DNA of 64,000 nt from Gammaproteobacteria bacterium. GTDB taxonomy: Bacteria > Pseudomonadota > Gammaproteobacteria > CAKMZV01. The first letter of the stretch is position 1. The number at the start of each line of letters is the position of its first letter. The DNA lies in assembly GCA_965219665.1 (NCBI GenBank), contig CBDCOD010000024.1:140987-204986 (forward strand), given 5' to 3'. The translations under genes were made by a program, and so were the position numbers. Of this stretch, positions 1 to 13,228 are shown piece after piece. Below the pieces are notes generated by a model. The model worked only from the letters and a program-made list of their open reading frames with translations. It had not been told where the DNA came from and made no database searches.

Positions 1-2741
1 TGAATAACACCCCGCCTGTGGTAGCTCCAAGCCTGCGCACTGTGCGCACCTATGCAGGCAGCGGCGGTAACGATTTTGCAGATGGTAGCGCCCTGACAGC
101 ACAATTCAACACTCCAAGCGGTATTGCTCGGGCAGCCGATGGACGGCTTTTCATTGTCGATACAAACAACAATCGTATTCGCGTCATTAGTGCCGATGGT
201 GCGACTGTTTCCACTTATGCAGGTGATGGCGTTCGGGCCTTTGCAGATGGCAGCACCAGCACGGCAAGCTTTCGTGCTCCACGCGGTATTGCCGTGGCAG
301 CCGATGGGCGCGTCTTTGTTGCAGATGTGAGCAATAACCGTATTCGCGTGATTAGTGCCGATGGCACAACGGTTTCCACTTATGCAGGTGATGGCGTTCA
401 GGGCTTTGCAGATGGCAGCACCAGCACGGCACGCTTTAGTTCTCCACGCGGTATTGCCTTGGCAGCCGATGGCCGCCTCTTTGTTGCAGAGGGCAATCAC
501 CGTATTCGCGTCATTAGTGCCGATGGTGCTACCGTCTCTACTTATGCAGGCAGTGGTAACTTTGCCTTCGCCGATGGCAGCACCACCACCGCTCGCTTTA
601 GCGAACCTCGAGGTGTTGCCGTGGCAGCTGATGGGCGCGTCTTTGTTGCAGATACTATCAATCACCGCATTCGCGTGATTAGTGCCGATGGTGCTACCGT
701 CTCTACCTATGCGGGCAGTGGTAATAGGGGATTTTCAGGCGGTGGCTTTGCAGATGGCAGTACGAGCACCGCTCAGTTTGAAGACCCAACCAATGTTGTA
801 GTTGCCTCCGATGGGCGCGTGTTTGTTGCTGATACGAGTAATCGTCGGATTCGCGTGATTAGTGCGGATGGTGCCTCTGTCTCTACCTATGCAGGTAGTG
901 CTACAGCTACCCAAACCAATGCGCCTCAAGCATTACAAGCCGCTCTTGATATAGATTTAGGCACTCCGCGAAGCATGACGCTTGCGCCGGATGGACGCCT
1001 CTTTTTCACTGACTCAGGTAGCCATCGTATTCGCGTGATTGAAGTCATTTCCTCAACTTCTGAAAACTTTGGCTCTGTTAGCTTAGGCGCTGAATTTCAA
1101 GGGACTGGAACGCACGTTATTGGCGCACAAAACCTATTTTTTGATGCAGAAGGTGATGACTTAAGCTTCAGCATTCTCTCTGGTAATGAGGACGGCTTAT
1201 TTGCCATCGATGCAGCCAGTGGCAGGGTTACGCTGGCAGGCAGCTTAACCGATAGACAAACAGGGATCAACACGCTGGTTATCCAGGCAGAAGATATGGC
1301 TGGCAGCGCCACCGTAACCCTTACCATCGTAGTGGAAGAGGTGAACGATCCTCCCACGTTCGCCCTGTCTTCCAGTACTTTGGAATTAGATGAAGATTTC
1401 GGCACTAATACCGATATTGTGGTAGTGAATCCCGATGATGGGGATGCTGCGATTGAGCAAATACTGACTTATAGCGTGAGCACCAACAATGTCGGCTTTA
1501 CCACACTGACTATCAATGCACAATCAGGGACACTTACCTTGACCAGTATAGCGGATGCTTTTGGTGAGGCAACTCTTACCATAACGGTGACTGATTCTTC
1601 TGCTACCAACAACGAGACAACCCAAACCCTTAGATTACGAGTACTCCCCGTGAATGACCCGCCTGCCTTTTCCCTCTCTACGACCACACTGAGGCTCAAG
1701 GAGGACTTTGCTCAAGCAATAACGGTATCGGTGGTGAACCCAAATGATGTTGATGGTGATGGTGATGGCATGGAGCAAACTTTAACCTATAGCATATCAC
1801 CAGTTAGTTTAGAGGTGGTTGGTATAAGCTTTGATGCCAATTCAGGTCAAGTAATTCTCAATAGCGTTGACGATGCCAATAGCATTAACCCGATTCTGTT
1901 TGAAATAACTGCGAATGATGGTGGCGCGGTCAATAATCTATTCTCGCAGTCATTTACCCTTGAGATTGAGCCTGAGGATGACCCGGGTAATGACCCGCCT
2001 AATGTTGTGCTGTCAACTGCTGTGCTCACGTTGGATGAAGATTTTGGCAGTGCTTCTATAACTGTGGTGAGTAGCGATGACGGGGATGGCACCAATCAAC
2101 CTTTGACTTATAGTATAAGCACCACTAATATCGGTTTTGCAACGATTTCTATTGATAGCGACTCAGGCGCTATAAGCCTGAGTAGTGTCGATAACCAATT
2201 TGGGCAAGCCACTTTGTTTGTGACGGTGGATGACTCTGCTCCTGAGGATAATCTTTCAATCATACAGGTTGTTGTTAGGGCACGTGCTGTGAACGATGTG
2301 CCAACTTTTACCTTATCACGAACGGCGCTGACACTGAATGAGGATTTTAGAAGCAATACGGATATTAGCGTGGTGAGTCCAAATGATGGCGACAATGGCG
2401 ATCAAGTGATTACTTATAGTATTAATCCTACTAATACCGAATTTGCTACTTTAGCAATTGATGCGCAAACAGGGGAGGTTACTATAAGCAGTGTCGCTAA
2501 TGGATTTGGGAGTGCAGTCATTACAGTGATAGCAGAAGATGATGGTGGCGGCGATACCAACCAGTCAACCCAAACCTTTATGCTGACTGTGGTTGATAGT
2601 GTGTCACAAGCTGCCAGCAGTGGTGGCGGGGGTGGTGGCTGTAGCTTGCAGTCTGAATCAAGCGCAATAGACGGGACGCTATGGTTGCTTGCTCTATTGA
2701 GTTTAGCTGCACTGCGTGGCTATCGCCGCAGGGTATCTTAG
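1..2741 (+). CDS. Large surface protein (5' end outside window): NHL-repeat beta-propeller, cadherin-like/Ig repeats, C-terminal Gly-rich/Cys sorting signal (JDVT-CTERM/GlyGly-CTERM-like)
   Basis: Frame open from base 3 (NNTPPVV...). Six ~56-aa NHL repeats (F..PRGIAVAADGRVFVAD..NHRIRVIS). Repeated VND.P.F/LDEDF cadherin-like units. Ends SSGGGGGGCSL...LWLLALLSLAALRGYRRRVS. Confidence 0.85.
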   Translation, partial: NNTPPVVAPSLRTVRTYAGSGGNDFADGSALTAQFNTPSGIARAADGRLFIVDTNNNRIRVISADGATVSTYAGDGVRAFADGSTSTASFRAPRGIAVAADGRVFVADVSNNRIRVISADGTTVSTYAGDGVQGFADGSTSTARFSSPRGIALAADGRLFVAEGNHRIRVISADGATVSTYAGSGNFAFADGSTTTARFSEPRGVAVAADGRVFVADTINHRIRVISADGATVSTYAGSGNRGFSGGGFADGSTSTAQFEDPTNVVVASDGRVFVADTSNRRIRVISADGASVSTYAGSATATQTNAPQALQAALDIDLGTPRSMTLAPDGRLFFTDSGSHRIRVIEVISSTSENFGSVSLGAEFQGTGTHVIGAQNLFFDAEGDDLSFSILSGNEDGLFAIDAASGRVTLAGSLTDRQTGINTLVIQAEDMAGSATVTLTIVVEEVNDPPTFALSSSTLELDEDFGTNTDIVVVNPDDGDAAIEQILTYSVSTNNVGFTTLTINAQSGTLTLTSIADAFGEATLTITVTDSSATNNETTQTLRLRVLPVNDPPAFSLSTTTLRLKEDFAQAITVSVVNPNDVDGDGDGMEQTLTYSISPVSLEVVGISFDANSGQVILNSVDDANSINPILFEITANDGGAVNNLFSQSFTLEIEPEDDPGNDPPNVVLSTAVLTLDEDFGSASITVVSSDDGDGTNQPLTYSISTTNIGFATISIDSDSGAISLSSVDNQFGQATLFVTVDDSAPEDNLSIIQVVVRARAVNDVPTFTLSRTALTLNEDFRSNTDISVVSPNDGDNGDQVITYSINPTNTEFATLAIDAQTGEVTISSVANGFGSAVITVIAEDDGGGDTNQSTQTFMLTVVDSVSQAASSGGGGGGCSLQSESSAIDGTLWLLALLSLAALRGYRRRVS

Positions 2742-3063
2742 ATGAAAGGCAGAAATACCGTTTTATGTGACACAATTGCCATTGTTTCATATCAATAATC
2801 ACACAGAACTATTATGCATACTCGGCATTAACCCACAGGGGCTATTTTGCCGCGCCATTAAGAGAAAGAAGTGCAAAAAGCACTATTGTTGTGATACCTG
2901 TTATGATTTTCATATACTACATATATATGACATATATATGTGAAAAACAGGTGGTGCAAATGCACGTTTGCACGATTTTTCCACCAAATTTTCTACCCAA
3001 AGGTTATTTGATTTGAAAAAGATTTTTTATTTCAAATACTTAAAAATATTTATTTTTTAAGAT

Positions 3064-3150
3064 TGGTACCAGAGGTGGGACTCGAACCCACACGCAGTCG
3101 CCTGCACGGGATTTTGAATCCCGCGTGTCTACCAATTTCACCACTCTGGC
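3064..3150 (-). tRNA. tRNA-Leu(CAA)
   Basis: Reverse complement GCCAGAGTGGTGAAATTGGTAGACACGCGGGATTCAAAATCCCG...GGTTCGAGTCCCACCTCTGGTACCA; anticodon CAA, long variable arm, encoded CCA. Confidence 0.97.
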
Positions 3151-3256
3151 ACAAAGCGCCTATTGTAAAAATAGTTTAGGAACCTCATCTAATAGGCAGG
3201 TGCAGGATTATACTCGGCAGAAGATATGCCATTTCATTTTTTATGCGTATTTAAGG

Positions 3257-3282
3257 TTGACTTCAATGTTATACACCCTATA
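3257..3282 (+). promoter_or_regulatory. Putative sigma-32 promoter of grpE
   Basis: TTGAC-N13-ACCCTATA resembles the RpoH consensus TTGAA-N13/14-CCCCATAT, upstream of a heat-shock gene. Confidence 0.5.
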
Positions 3283-3326
3283 AAAGGTTAAACTTTAATT
3301 CTTGTTTACACTATGGGAGTGTGGTT

Positions 3327-3911
3327 ATGGTAGATAAAGCGCAGAAAAGTTCGGAGCAGCAGGAGTCTCCAAATCAGAATGAAGAGCTGGTTGTTGATCA
3401 AGTAAATCAAGACGAGGAGCTGGTTGAGGAAGCTCAACAGGAACAGCCTGTAGAGCAGACAGAAGCGACTGCTAAGGAGGCGTTATTACAGACTGCATTG
3501 AAGGAGCAGGAGGAGAAGGTGCTGCGCATATTGGCAGAAATGGATAATTTGCGTAAGCGCGCTGAGCGGGATGTGCAGCACGCGCATAAGTTTGGTGTTG
3601 AGCGTTTAGTGCAGGCGTTACTGCCCGTATTGGATAGCTTTGAAAGCGCACGAACTAATGCAGATCAAGCGGTTGATGAGGAATCAGGGCTTGGTATGAT
3701 TGAGCAGCAGTTGCTCAAAGTGCTTTCTGGGCATGGTGTAACGGTTATAGAGCCTGCTAAGGGTGATGTGTTTGATGCAGAGCAGCACCAGGCTTTGACT
3801 GTTGTTCCTGGTCAGGATATGGAGCCAAATTGTGTGGTGGAGGTCGTTCAACGCGGCTTTCAGTTGAGCGGTCGCCTGGTGCGCGCTGCCAATGTTTTGG
3901 TGAGCGGTTAG
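3327..3911 (+). CDS. grpE: Nucleotide exchange factor GrpE
   Basis: LRILAEMDNLRKR, LLPVLDSFE, GFQLSGRLVRAANV; directly upstream of dnaK. Confidence 0.96.
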   Translation: MVDKAQKSSEQQESPNQNEELVVDQVNQDEELVEEAQQEQPVEQTEATAKEALLQTALKEQEEKVLRILAEMDNLRKRAERDVQHAHKFGVERLVQALLPVLDSFESARTNADQAVDEESGLGMIEQQLLKVLSGHGVTVIEPAKGDVFDAEQHQALTVVPGQDMEPNCVVEVVQRGFQLSGRLVRAANVLVSG

Positions 3912-3928
3912 TTAGCACGTACAGGTAT

Positions 3929-3956
3929 CTTGAAATTTAAATAAGGAGCCCTTATA
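3929..3956 (+). promoter_or_regulatory. Putative sigma-32 promoter of dnaK
   Basis: CTTGAAA-N13-CCCTTATA about 50 bp upstream of dnaK. Confidence 0.6.
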
Positions 3957-4003
3957 GATTGGGCATAGGAATTTATTAAAAAGGATGAGGTAATTTAAGT
4001 ATT

Positions 4004-5896
4004 ATGGGAAGAATCATAGGAATTGATTTAGGCACAACGAATTCGTGTGTTGCTGTACATGAGGGTGATAGCACTAAAGTTATTGAGAACGCCGAAGGCA
4101 AGCGTACAACGCCTTCTATCGTAGGGTATAAGGACGATGAAATTCTGGTGGGTGATGCTGCCAAGCGTCAAGCGGTGAGCAACCCTAAAGAGACGCTATA
4201 TGCAATTAAGCGTTTGATTGGTCGGCGTTTTGATGACCCAGTTGTTGCCAAAGATAAAAAAATGGTGGCTTACGAAATCGTAAGTGCTGATAACGGTGAT
4301 GCTTGGGTACAAGTAGGTAATAGTAAAACGTCACCGCCAGAAGTTTCAGCAAAAATTCTGCAGAAAATGAAGCAGACAGCGGAGGACTATTTGGGTCAGA
4401 AAGTGACTGAGGCTGTTATAACAGTACCTGCTTATTTTAATGATGCGCAGCGTCAAGCTACAAAAGATGCAGGGCGCATTGCGGGCTTAGATGTGAAGCG
4501 GATTATTAATGAACCGACTGCAGCCGCGTTGGCCTTTGGTATGGATAAAGGCAAAGGGGATATGACCATTGCTGTTTATGATTTAGGTGGTGGTACGTTT
4601 GATGTGTCCATTATTGAAATAGCCGATGTTGATGGTGAAAAGCAGTTTGAAGTGTTAGCAACTAATGGTGATACTTTCTTAGGTGGCGAGGATTTTGACT
4701 TAAAAATCATTGAGCATCTGGTGTCTTCTTTCAAGCAGCAGGAAGGGATCGATTTAAGTAAAGATGCTGTAGCAATGCAGCGCCTAAAAGAGGCTGCCGA
4801 ATTGGCAAAAATTGAGTTGTCTTCGCGTGAGCAAACTGATGTTAATTTGCCTTATATTACGGCGGATCAAAACGGGCCAAAGCATTTGAGCTTGAAGATG
4901 ACAAGAGCGCATTATGAGTCACTGATTGCGGATTTGATTGAAAGGTCGCTTAAACCTTGTAAGCAGGCGCTGGAGGATGCTGGTTTGCGTGCGAATGAAG
5001 TACAAGAGGTCATTTTAATTGGTGGTTCTACACGTACTCCCTTAGTGCAGAAAAAAGTAGAAAGCTTTTTCGGCAAAACCCCTCGTAAGGATATCAATCC
5101 GGATGAGGCAGTTGCCTTGGGTGCGGCATTACAGGGCGCCGTGTTAGGTGGTGATGTTAATGATGTGCTGCTGTTAGATGTGACGCCTCTTTCGCTTGGT
5201 ATAGAAACCCAAGGTGGGGTTATGACGAAGTTGATTGAGAAGAATACGACGATTCCTACAAAGGCAGAGCAGGTTTTTTCAACCGCAGCGGATAATCAAA
5301 CAGCGGTAACTGTGCATGTCTTGCAAGGTGAGCGCGAGCAAGCGGGTGCAAATAAGTCTTTAGGGCAGTTCAATCTGGAGGGTATTCGTCCTGCAGCACG
5401 AGGTACACCACAAATTGAGGTGTCTTTTGATATTGATGCTGATGGCATTTTGCATGTGTCTGCAAAAGATAAGGATACAGGCAAGGAACAGTCTATCAGA
5501 ATTCAGGCGTCATCAGGTTTGGATGAGTCAGAAATTGAGAAGATGATAAAGGATGCAGAGGTCCATGCTGAGGAAGATAAGGCTTTCCAGGCGTTAGTGG
5601 TTGCACGCAACATGGCGGAGTCATCGGTGTATTCTGCTAAGAACTTTTTGACTGAGCAAGCCGATAAAATAGACGATGCTGACAAGGCAGAGTTAGAAGA
5701 AGTGGTTGCTGATGTAGAAAAGAAAATAGCAGAAACGGATAAAGAGGCATTAGAGGCTAGTGCGCAAGCCCTGCTTACTAAGGTAGGTGAATTAAGCCAA
5801 AGGTATCAACCAGAAGCTGAGGCAGATAGCGCGGATGCTCCTAAAGCTGATGATGTGGTTGAGGCTGAATATGAGGAAGTAGATGACAAAAAATAG
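4004..5896 (+). CDS. dnaK: Chaperone DnaK
   Basis: [34 protein letters not shown]. Confidence 0.99.
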   Translation: MGRIIGIDLGTTNSCVAVHEGDSTKVIENAEGKRTTPSIVGYKDDEILVGDAAKRQAVSNPKETLYAIKRLIGRRFDDPVVAKDKKMVAYEIVSADNGDAWVQVGNSKTSPPEVSAKILQKMKQTAEDYLGQKVTEAVITVPAYFNDAQRQATKDAGRIAGLDVKRIINEPTAAALAFGMDKGKGDMTIAVYDLGGGTFDVSIIEIADVDGEKQFEVLATNGDTFLGGEDFDLKIIEHLVSSFKQQEGIDLSKDAVAMQRLKEAAELAKIELSSREQTDVNLPYITADQNGPKHLSLKMTRAHYESLIADLIERSLKPCKQALEDAGLRANEVQEVILIGGSTRTPLVQKKVESFFGKTPRKDINPDEAVALGAALQGAVLGGDVNDVLLLDVTPLSLGIETQGGVMTKLIEKNTTIPTKAEQVFSTAADNQTAVTVHVLQGEREQAGANKSLGQFNLEGIRPAARGTPQIEVSFDIDADGILHVSAKDKDTGKEQSIRIQASSGLDESEIEKMIKDAEVHAEEDKAFQALVVARNMAESSVYSAKNFLTEQADKIDDADKAELEEVVADVEKKIAETDKEALEASAQALLTKVGELSQRYQPEAEADSADAPKADDVVEAEYEEVDDKK

Positions 5897-5941
5897 GGTT
5901 TTTCTCCTATATGGGGATTCTAACTTACCTTTCTTCTTACC

Positions 5942-5969
5942 ATTCCGCCTGGCTTAAGCTGGGCGGAAT
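5942..5969 (+). terminator. GC-rich hairpin between dnaK and dnaJ (attenuator/terminator-like)
   Basis: ATTCCGCCTGGC-TTAA-GCTGGGCGGAAT inverted repeat; weak U-tract. Confidence 0.55.
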
Positions 5970-5978
5970 TATAGTTTT

Positions 5979-7085
5979 ATGAGCAAAGATTTATACGAAG
6001 TATTAGATGTGCCTAAATCTGCCTCCAAGGCGGACATTAAAAAGGCGTATCGCCGCAAGGCAATGAAATTGCATCCTGATCGTAATAAGGATAAGGACAC
6101 ATCTGAGGAATTCAAGCAGGTGCAGCGAGCGTACGATGTGCTATCTGATGAGAACAAGCGTACGGCATACGATCAGTTTGGAGAGGCAGGTATCAATGGG
6201 TCAGCTGCTGGCGGAGGGCATCAGGGATTCGGAGAAGATTTTTCTGATATCTTTTCCAGTTTTTTTGGTGGAGGAGGCTCCAGACGCCAGAGACAGCGCG
6301 GCTCTGATCTGCAATATGATTTGTCCATTAGTTTGGAAGAGGCATTTCATGGCAAAGAGGTTAAGATAAAACTACCTGTTTCTGAGCCTTGTGGTACGTG
6401 TTCAGGTACAGGAGCGAGTAAAGGAGAAAAGCCGCAAAGTTGTACGAGCTGTCATGGCAGTGGGCAGGTGCGCATCAATCAGGGCTTTATAAATATTCAG
6501 CAGACGTGTCCTACGTGTAGAGGACAAGGACAGATTATTCGTAACCCTTGTGCTAAATGTGGAGGCACGGGTACACAAACAGCGCATCAAGTGCTTGCAG
6601 TTAAAGTTCCTGCTGGTATTGATCATGGTCAGAGCATACGCATTCAGGGCAAGGGAGAGCCTGGTCCTCGCAATACGCCTTCAGGTGATTTATATGTGCA
6701 GGTTCATGTTAAGCCACATAAGCTTTTTGAGCGTAATGGTGCAGATTTATACTGTGAAGCTCCGATTGATATTGTTACGGCAACATTAGGTGGTAGCTTG
6801 GAAGTGCCGACCTTGGGAGGGAAGGTAAAGCTCACTGTTCCTGAGGGTACACAGTCAGGTAAAACTTTTCGCTTGCGTGGGAAAGGTATCACTTCAATTG
6901 GTCAGGCATTGCAGGGGGATTTATATTGCCGAGTGGTTATTGAAACCCCTGTTAATCTGAATGGCGGACAAAAAGAGATTTTTCAAAAATTGCGTGATGA
7001 TCTACAAGCAGGCGTAAAACACTCTCCTCGCCAGAAGTCTTTTATGGATTCGCTCAAAAAATTCTTTAATTTTGGCGAAAAATAA
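5979..7085 (+). CDS. dnaJ: Chaperone DnaJ
   Basis: J-domain HPD, G/F region, four CxxCxGxG motifs. Confidence 0.99.
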   Translation: MSKDLYEVLDVPKSASKADIKKAYRRKAMKLHPDRNKDKDTSEEFKQVQRAYDVLSDENKRTAYDQFGEAGINGSAAGGGHQGFGEDFSDIFSSFFGGGGSRRQRQRGSDLQYDLSISLEEAFHGKEVKIKLPVSEPCGTCSGTGASKGEKPQSCTSCHGSGQVRINQGFINIQQTCPTCRGQGQIIRNPCAKCGGTGTQTAHQVLAVKVPAGIDHGQSIRIQGKGEPGPRNTPSGDLYVQVHVKPHKLFERNGADLYCEAPIDIVTATLGGSLEVPTLGGKVKLTVPEGTQSGKTFRLRGKGITSIGQALQGDLYCRVVIETPVNLNGGQKEIFQKLRDDLQAGVKHSPRQKSFMDSLKKFFNFGEK

Positions 7086-7106
7086 CTGTAAATTAGGTAT
7101 TGCAGC

Positions 7107-7913
7107 ATGATTAGATTGGCTATTAGTGGCGCGTTAGGTCGTATGGGGCGTGTATTGATTGAGGCGACTGGCTTGCATAAAGAAGTGGTTGTTGGTGCAG
7201 CCCTTGAGCAGGCAGGCAAGGCAGAAATAGGCAGTAGCGTGCAGGCGTTGACGGGACTAAATTGTACGGCGATATTATCCGACTCGTTGCGTGGTGATGA
7301 CTTTGATGTATTGATAGAGTTTTCCAATGTCGAGGCAACTCTCAAGCATCTTGAGCAGTGTGTAGCATTGGATAAGGCAATTGTTATTGGTACCACTGGT
7401 TTTAATAGTGATCAAACCAGAATAATCCAGCAAGCCGCACAGCATATTCCAGTTGTGTTTGCATCAAACATGAGTATAGGGGTTCAAGTGAGTTTGGCAC
7501 TATTGGCTCAAGCTGCAATTTTGTTGAAAGATAAGGGATATGATATTGAGATTGTTGAGGCGCACCATCGTCATAAAACGGATGCACCTTCAGGTACTGC
7601 GCTGACAATGGGGTCGGTGATTACGGAGGCTTTGGGTTGGTCTGGGCAAAATAATGCTGTTTTTTGCCGTGAGGGACAGACAGGAGCACGCCCTGATCAG
7701 GTTATTGGATACCAAAGTGTGCGAGCAGGTGATATTGTGGGCGATCATACTGTGCTGTTTGCTACAGAGGGTGAGCGCATAGAAATTAGTCACAAAGCTT
7801 CTTCGCGTATGACTTTTGCCAAAGGGGCGGTAGAGGCAGCATGTTGGTTGTCTCAAAAGCAGGCAGGGCTATATACTATGCAGGATGTTATGGGTGTAGG
7901 CCCTTTAGATTAG
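7107..7913 (+). CDS. dapB: 4-hydroxy-tetrahydrodipicolinate reductase
   Basis: GALGRMG, IGTTG, EAHHRHKTDAPSGTA. Confidence 0.98.
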   Translation: MIRLAISGALGRMGRVLIEATGLHKEVVVGAALEQAGKAEIGSSVQALTGLNCTAILSDSLRGDDFDVLIEFSNVEATLKHLEQCVALDKAIVIGTTGFNSDQTRIIQQAAQHIPVVFASNMSIGVQVSLALLAQAAILLKDKGYDIEIVEAHHRHKTDAPSGTALTMGSVITEALGWSGQNNAVFCREGQTGARPDQVIGYQSVRAGDIVGDHTVLFATEGERIEISHKASSRMTFAKGAVEAACWLSQKQAGLYTMQDVMGVGPLD

Positions 7914-8077
7914 CCGCTTCCTATACTTTAATCTGCTGTATGGTTAGCAGCAACAGTAATGCGTACTAAGCATATATAATTTGAGGCACTAAGCCTTGAG
8001 TGTGGTATATTGGTTATGCAGAATAATAGAATATAAATTGGGGTGATAAGGATTAACATGATTTTAAGGAGAACTAT

Positions 8078-8977
8078 ATGTTAAGAATAGCTTTATTTTT
8101 GATGACTAACTTGGCGATCATTGTGGTTGCAGGTATAACACTGAGTTTATTAGGTGTTACAACCTATTTTGATGCACAGGGAGGCTTGAATTTAACGAAT
8201 TTGCTCATTTTTGCTGCTGTTTTTGGCTTTGCAGGTTCCTTCATTTCTTTGCTGTTGTCCCGCTGGATGGCAAAACGTACTATGGGTGTGCGCTTGATTG
8301 AAAAGCCTGCCTCGGCGAAAGAGCGCTGGTTGGTTCAAACAGTAGAGCGGCTATGTAAACAGTCCGATTTGCCTATGCCTGAAGTGGGTATATTCCCATC
8401 TCCACAAATCAATGCGTTTGCGACAGGAGCTTCTAAGAAGAGCTCTTTAATTGCAGTGAGCTCGGGTTTGTTAGAGCAAATGAGTGAAGGGGAAGCAGAG
8501 GCAGTCGTTGCGCATGAGGTGGCTCATATTGCTAATGGGGATATGATTACTTTGACGCTAATACAGGGTATTGTGAATACTTTTGTTATCTTTTTTGCTC
8601 GCATTATTGGTCACTTTGTTGATCGGGTGGTGTTTCGCAATGAAGAAGGACACGGTATTGGATTCTTCATTGCCACTATTGTGGCAGAAATTATATTGGC
8701 AGTATTAGCCAGTATTATTGTTATGTGGTTTTCACGTTATAGGGAGTTCCATGCTGATGCAGGTTCGGCGCGTTTAGTTGGCAAGGAAAAAATGATTGCT
8801 GCCTTAGAGCGTCTGAAGTCCATGCATCCTGAGCCGCTTTCTGATGAAATGCTTGCTTTTGGTATTTCTGGCGGCGAGGTTAGTAAGTTCTCCGCATTAT
8901 TTGCCAGTCATCCGCCATTGGAAAAGCGGATTGAAGCTTTGCGCCATTTAAAAGTTGATGGGTTGCAGTCTGCATGA
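8078..8977 (+). CDS. htpX: Membrane zinc protease HtpX
   Basis: NAFATG, HEVAH, SRYREFHAD, SHPPLEKRI. Confidence 0.97.
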   Translation: MLRIALFLMTNLAIIVVAGITLSLLGVTTYFDAQGGLNLTNLLIFAAVFGFAGSFISLLLSRWMAKRTMGVRLIEKPASAKERWLVQTVERLCKQSDLPMPEVGIFPSPQINAFATGASKKSSLIAVSSGLLEQMSEGEAEAVVAHEVAHIANGDMITLTLIQGIVNTFVIFFARIIGHFVDRVVFRNEEGHGIGFFIATIVAEIILAVLASIIVMWFSRYREFHADAGSARLVGKEKMIAALERLKSMHPEPLSDEMLAFGISGGEVSKFSALFASHPPLEKRIEALRHLKVDGLQSA

Positions 8978-9502
<525 letters not shown>

Positions 9503-9526
9503 TTACCGCCTTTTTGGGGTTTTGCC

Positions 9527-10120
9527 ATGAGTATAGGTGCCTTTTTCTCTTTGTTATTTATTTTTATGGTTTTTGCTGCATCCCCAGGTCCAGGGTTGGC
9601 AATTCTTGCGAGCAAAACGCTACAAAAAGGTGCAGCCGCTGCCTATGTTTGTATGGCAGGGCTACTGTTGGGAGATGTTATTTATTTAAGCCTGTCATAC
9701 TGGGGCTTATCGCTTCTGGCGCAACGTTTTACTGATTTTTTGGTGGTTGTGCAATATTTAGGCGCTGCGTACTTAATTATTTTAGGATTGCTCAGTTTGC
9801 GCAATCTACCAAAAGCAGAAGCAGCACCCAGTTGGCATGCGGGCAATTTTCTAATGGGTTTTATAGTGACTATTAGCAGTCCTAAGGCGATTTTGTTCTA
9901 TCTGAGTTTACTTCCTACATTTATTACTATGTCAATGCCTTCTTGGCAGGACTATACCGTACTTATAATTGCTATGTTAGGTGGTGTAGGTGGTTTTGCT
10001 GCGCTTTTTGTTTGGGTAGTGTACTGGACAAAGAGGCGCTTCAGCGAACGCTTCGGGTGGATGCGCTATGTGGGTGCTTTTGGTTTGATTGGTGCGGGTG
10101 TCTTTTTGGCTGTTCGTTGA
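9527..10120 (+). CDS. LysE/RhtB family translocator
   Basis: ASPGPG, GAAYLIILG, (S)PKAILFY; multiple TM segments. Confidence 0.9.
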   Translation: MSIGAFFSLLFIFMVFAASPGPGLAILASKTLQKGAAAAYVCMAGLLLGDVIYLSLSYWGLSLLAQRFTDFLVVVQYLGAAYLIILGLLSLRNLPKAEAAPSWHAGNFLMGFIVTISSPKAILFYLSLLPTFITMSMPSWQDYTVLIIAMLGGVGGFAALFVWVVYWTKRRFSERFGWMRYVGAFGLIGAGVFLAVR

Positions 10121-10178
10121 TGATTGCTTTCATAAATATTCACTATAATGAAAAAAAGAGAGATTTTGAGTAGGTTAA

Positions 10179-11911
<1,733 letters not shown>

Positions 11912-11981
11912 TTTGCTTATGGAGATGGTTGTCTCAGGGTTGAGATTAGTTGTGCGAGATAAGAGCAGGGAGGAAGTGGTG

Positions 11982-12320
11982 CTATGAGGTTGCTTTTATG
12001 CTAAAACTTTCACCACAGCCGCAGCTATCCTCAACATTAGGATTCTGAAAATCAAAGCCTTGGTTGAGCAGGTTGTGCTTGGTGAAGTCAACGACCATGC
12101 CATCAATATTTTTGAGTGATTTATTATCAACGATGACTTTAATGCCAAAACTTTCAAAGACATGATCGGAGGCATCAATATCGTCAGCATAGTCAACGAC
12201 ATAAGCAAAGCCAGTACAGCCGCTAACACGCGTGCCTAAACGTAGCCCAATGCCGCTTCCGCGTGCTGCTAATTTATGCTGTATGTGCTCTGCTGCGGTT
12301 TTTGTTAGTGTAACGCTCAT
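11982..12320 (-). CDS. iscA: A-type Fe-S carrier IscA
   Basis: SGCTG and CGCGESF; begins MSVTLTKTAA. Confidence 0.9.
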   Translation of the reverse strand: MSVTLTKTAAEHIQHKLAARGSGIGLRLGTRVSGCTGFAYVVDYADDIDASDHVFESFGIKVIVDNKSLKNIDGMVVDFTKHNLLNQGFDFQNPNVEDSCGCGESFSIKATS

Positions 12321-12442
12321 GGTTTTCTTCAATTTTTACTTGACCAAGTATTATAGAGTACTCGGATAATTAACGTTTAAAAACTCACTATACCCGCGAT
12401 GCAAGTTACAATACTGTGGTATTTTTTGCGGAGCATGGTGAC

Positions 12443-13222
12443 ATGGAATGTATAGCAGTACGTGCCCTTTGGGACACGCTCCAGAACTATATCTGGATAT
12501 TGCATTACGCTGGTCAATCAGAGTGTATTGTTGTTGATCCAGGCGAGGTAGCTCCGTGCATAGAGGCATTGGAGCGGCATGGTCTAAGCCCTCAAGCTGT
12601 TTTTATCACGCACCACCATTATGATCATACTGATGGTGTTGCGGGACTGCTACAACATTACGGCACACTCCCCGTTTGGGGCCCCAAAAAATCTCCGTTT
12701 AATGGTATTAGTCATGCAGTGGGAGAGGGGGATATTGTAGAGGTTCCTGAAATGGCACTTCATTTTGAGGTACTGGAAACGCCGGGACACACGATGGACC
12801 ATATTTGCTTGTATAATAGGTCCTTGTCGATTGCTTTAGTTGGTGACACCTTATTTAGTGCAGGTTGCGGTAGAGTTTTTGAAGGAACCATGATGCAAAT
12901 GTTTCGCTCAATTAATAAAATTGCTGCGTTATCTGATGAGACGCTTCTATATTGTGGGCATGAATATACAGTGGGTAATTTGGCTTTTGCCAAGCAGGTA
13001 GAGCCGAATAATAAAGAGATTTTGAGTCGTTATAAATTGGCTCTTGATAATCATAAAAAAATGGTTCCGAGTGTGCCAACAACGCTTGCATTAGAGAAAA
13101 AAACCAATCCTTTTTTGCGTTGCGATCAGATATCAGTTCACAAAAGTTGCGAAGAATACAGAGGCAGAGAATTGACATCAGCAGTGGAAGTTTTTACAGC
13201 ACTCAGGGAGTGGCGAGGCTAA
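12443..13222 (+). CDS. gloB: Hydroxyacylglutathione hydrolase (glyoxalase II)
   Basis: THHHYDH, TPGHT, GDTLFSAGCGR, HEYT, TNPFLR. Confidence 0.96.
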   Translation: MECIAVRALWDTLQNYIWILHYAGQSECIVVDPGEVAPCIEALERHGLSPQAVFITHHHYDHTDGVAGLLQHYGTLPVWGPKKSPFNGISHAVGEGDIVEVPEMALHFEVLETPGHTMDHICLYNRSLSIALVGDTLFSAGCGRVFEGTMMQMFRSINKIAALSDETLLYCGHEYTVGNLAFAKQVEPNNKEILSRYKLALDNHKKMVPSVPTTLALEKKTNPFLRCDQISVHKSCEEYRGRELTSAVEVFTALREWRG

Positions 13223-13228
13223 ATTAAT

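Noticed and set aside
60-1040. CRISPR-like or non-coding DNA repeats
   Set aside because: The repeats are in-frame NHL protein repeats.
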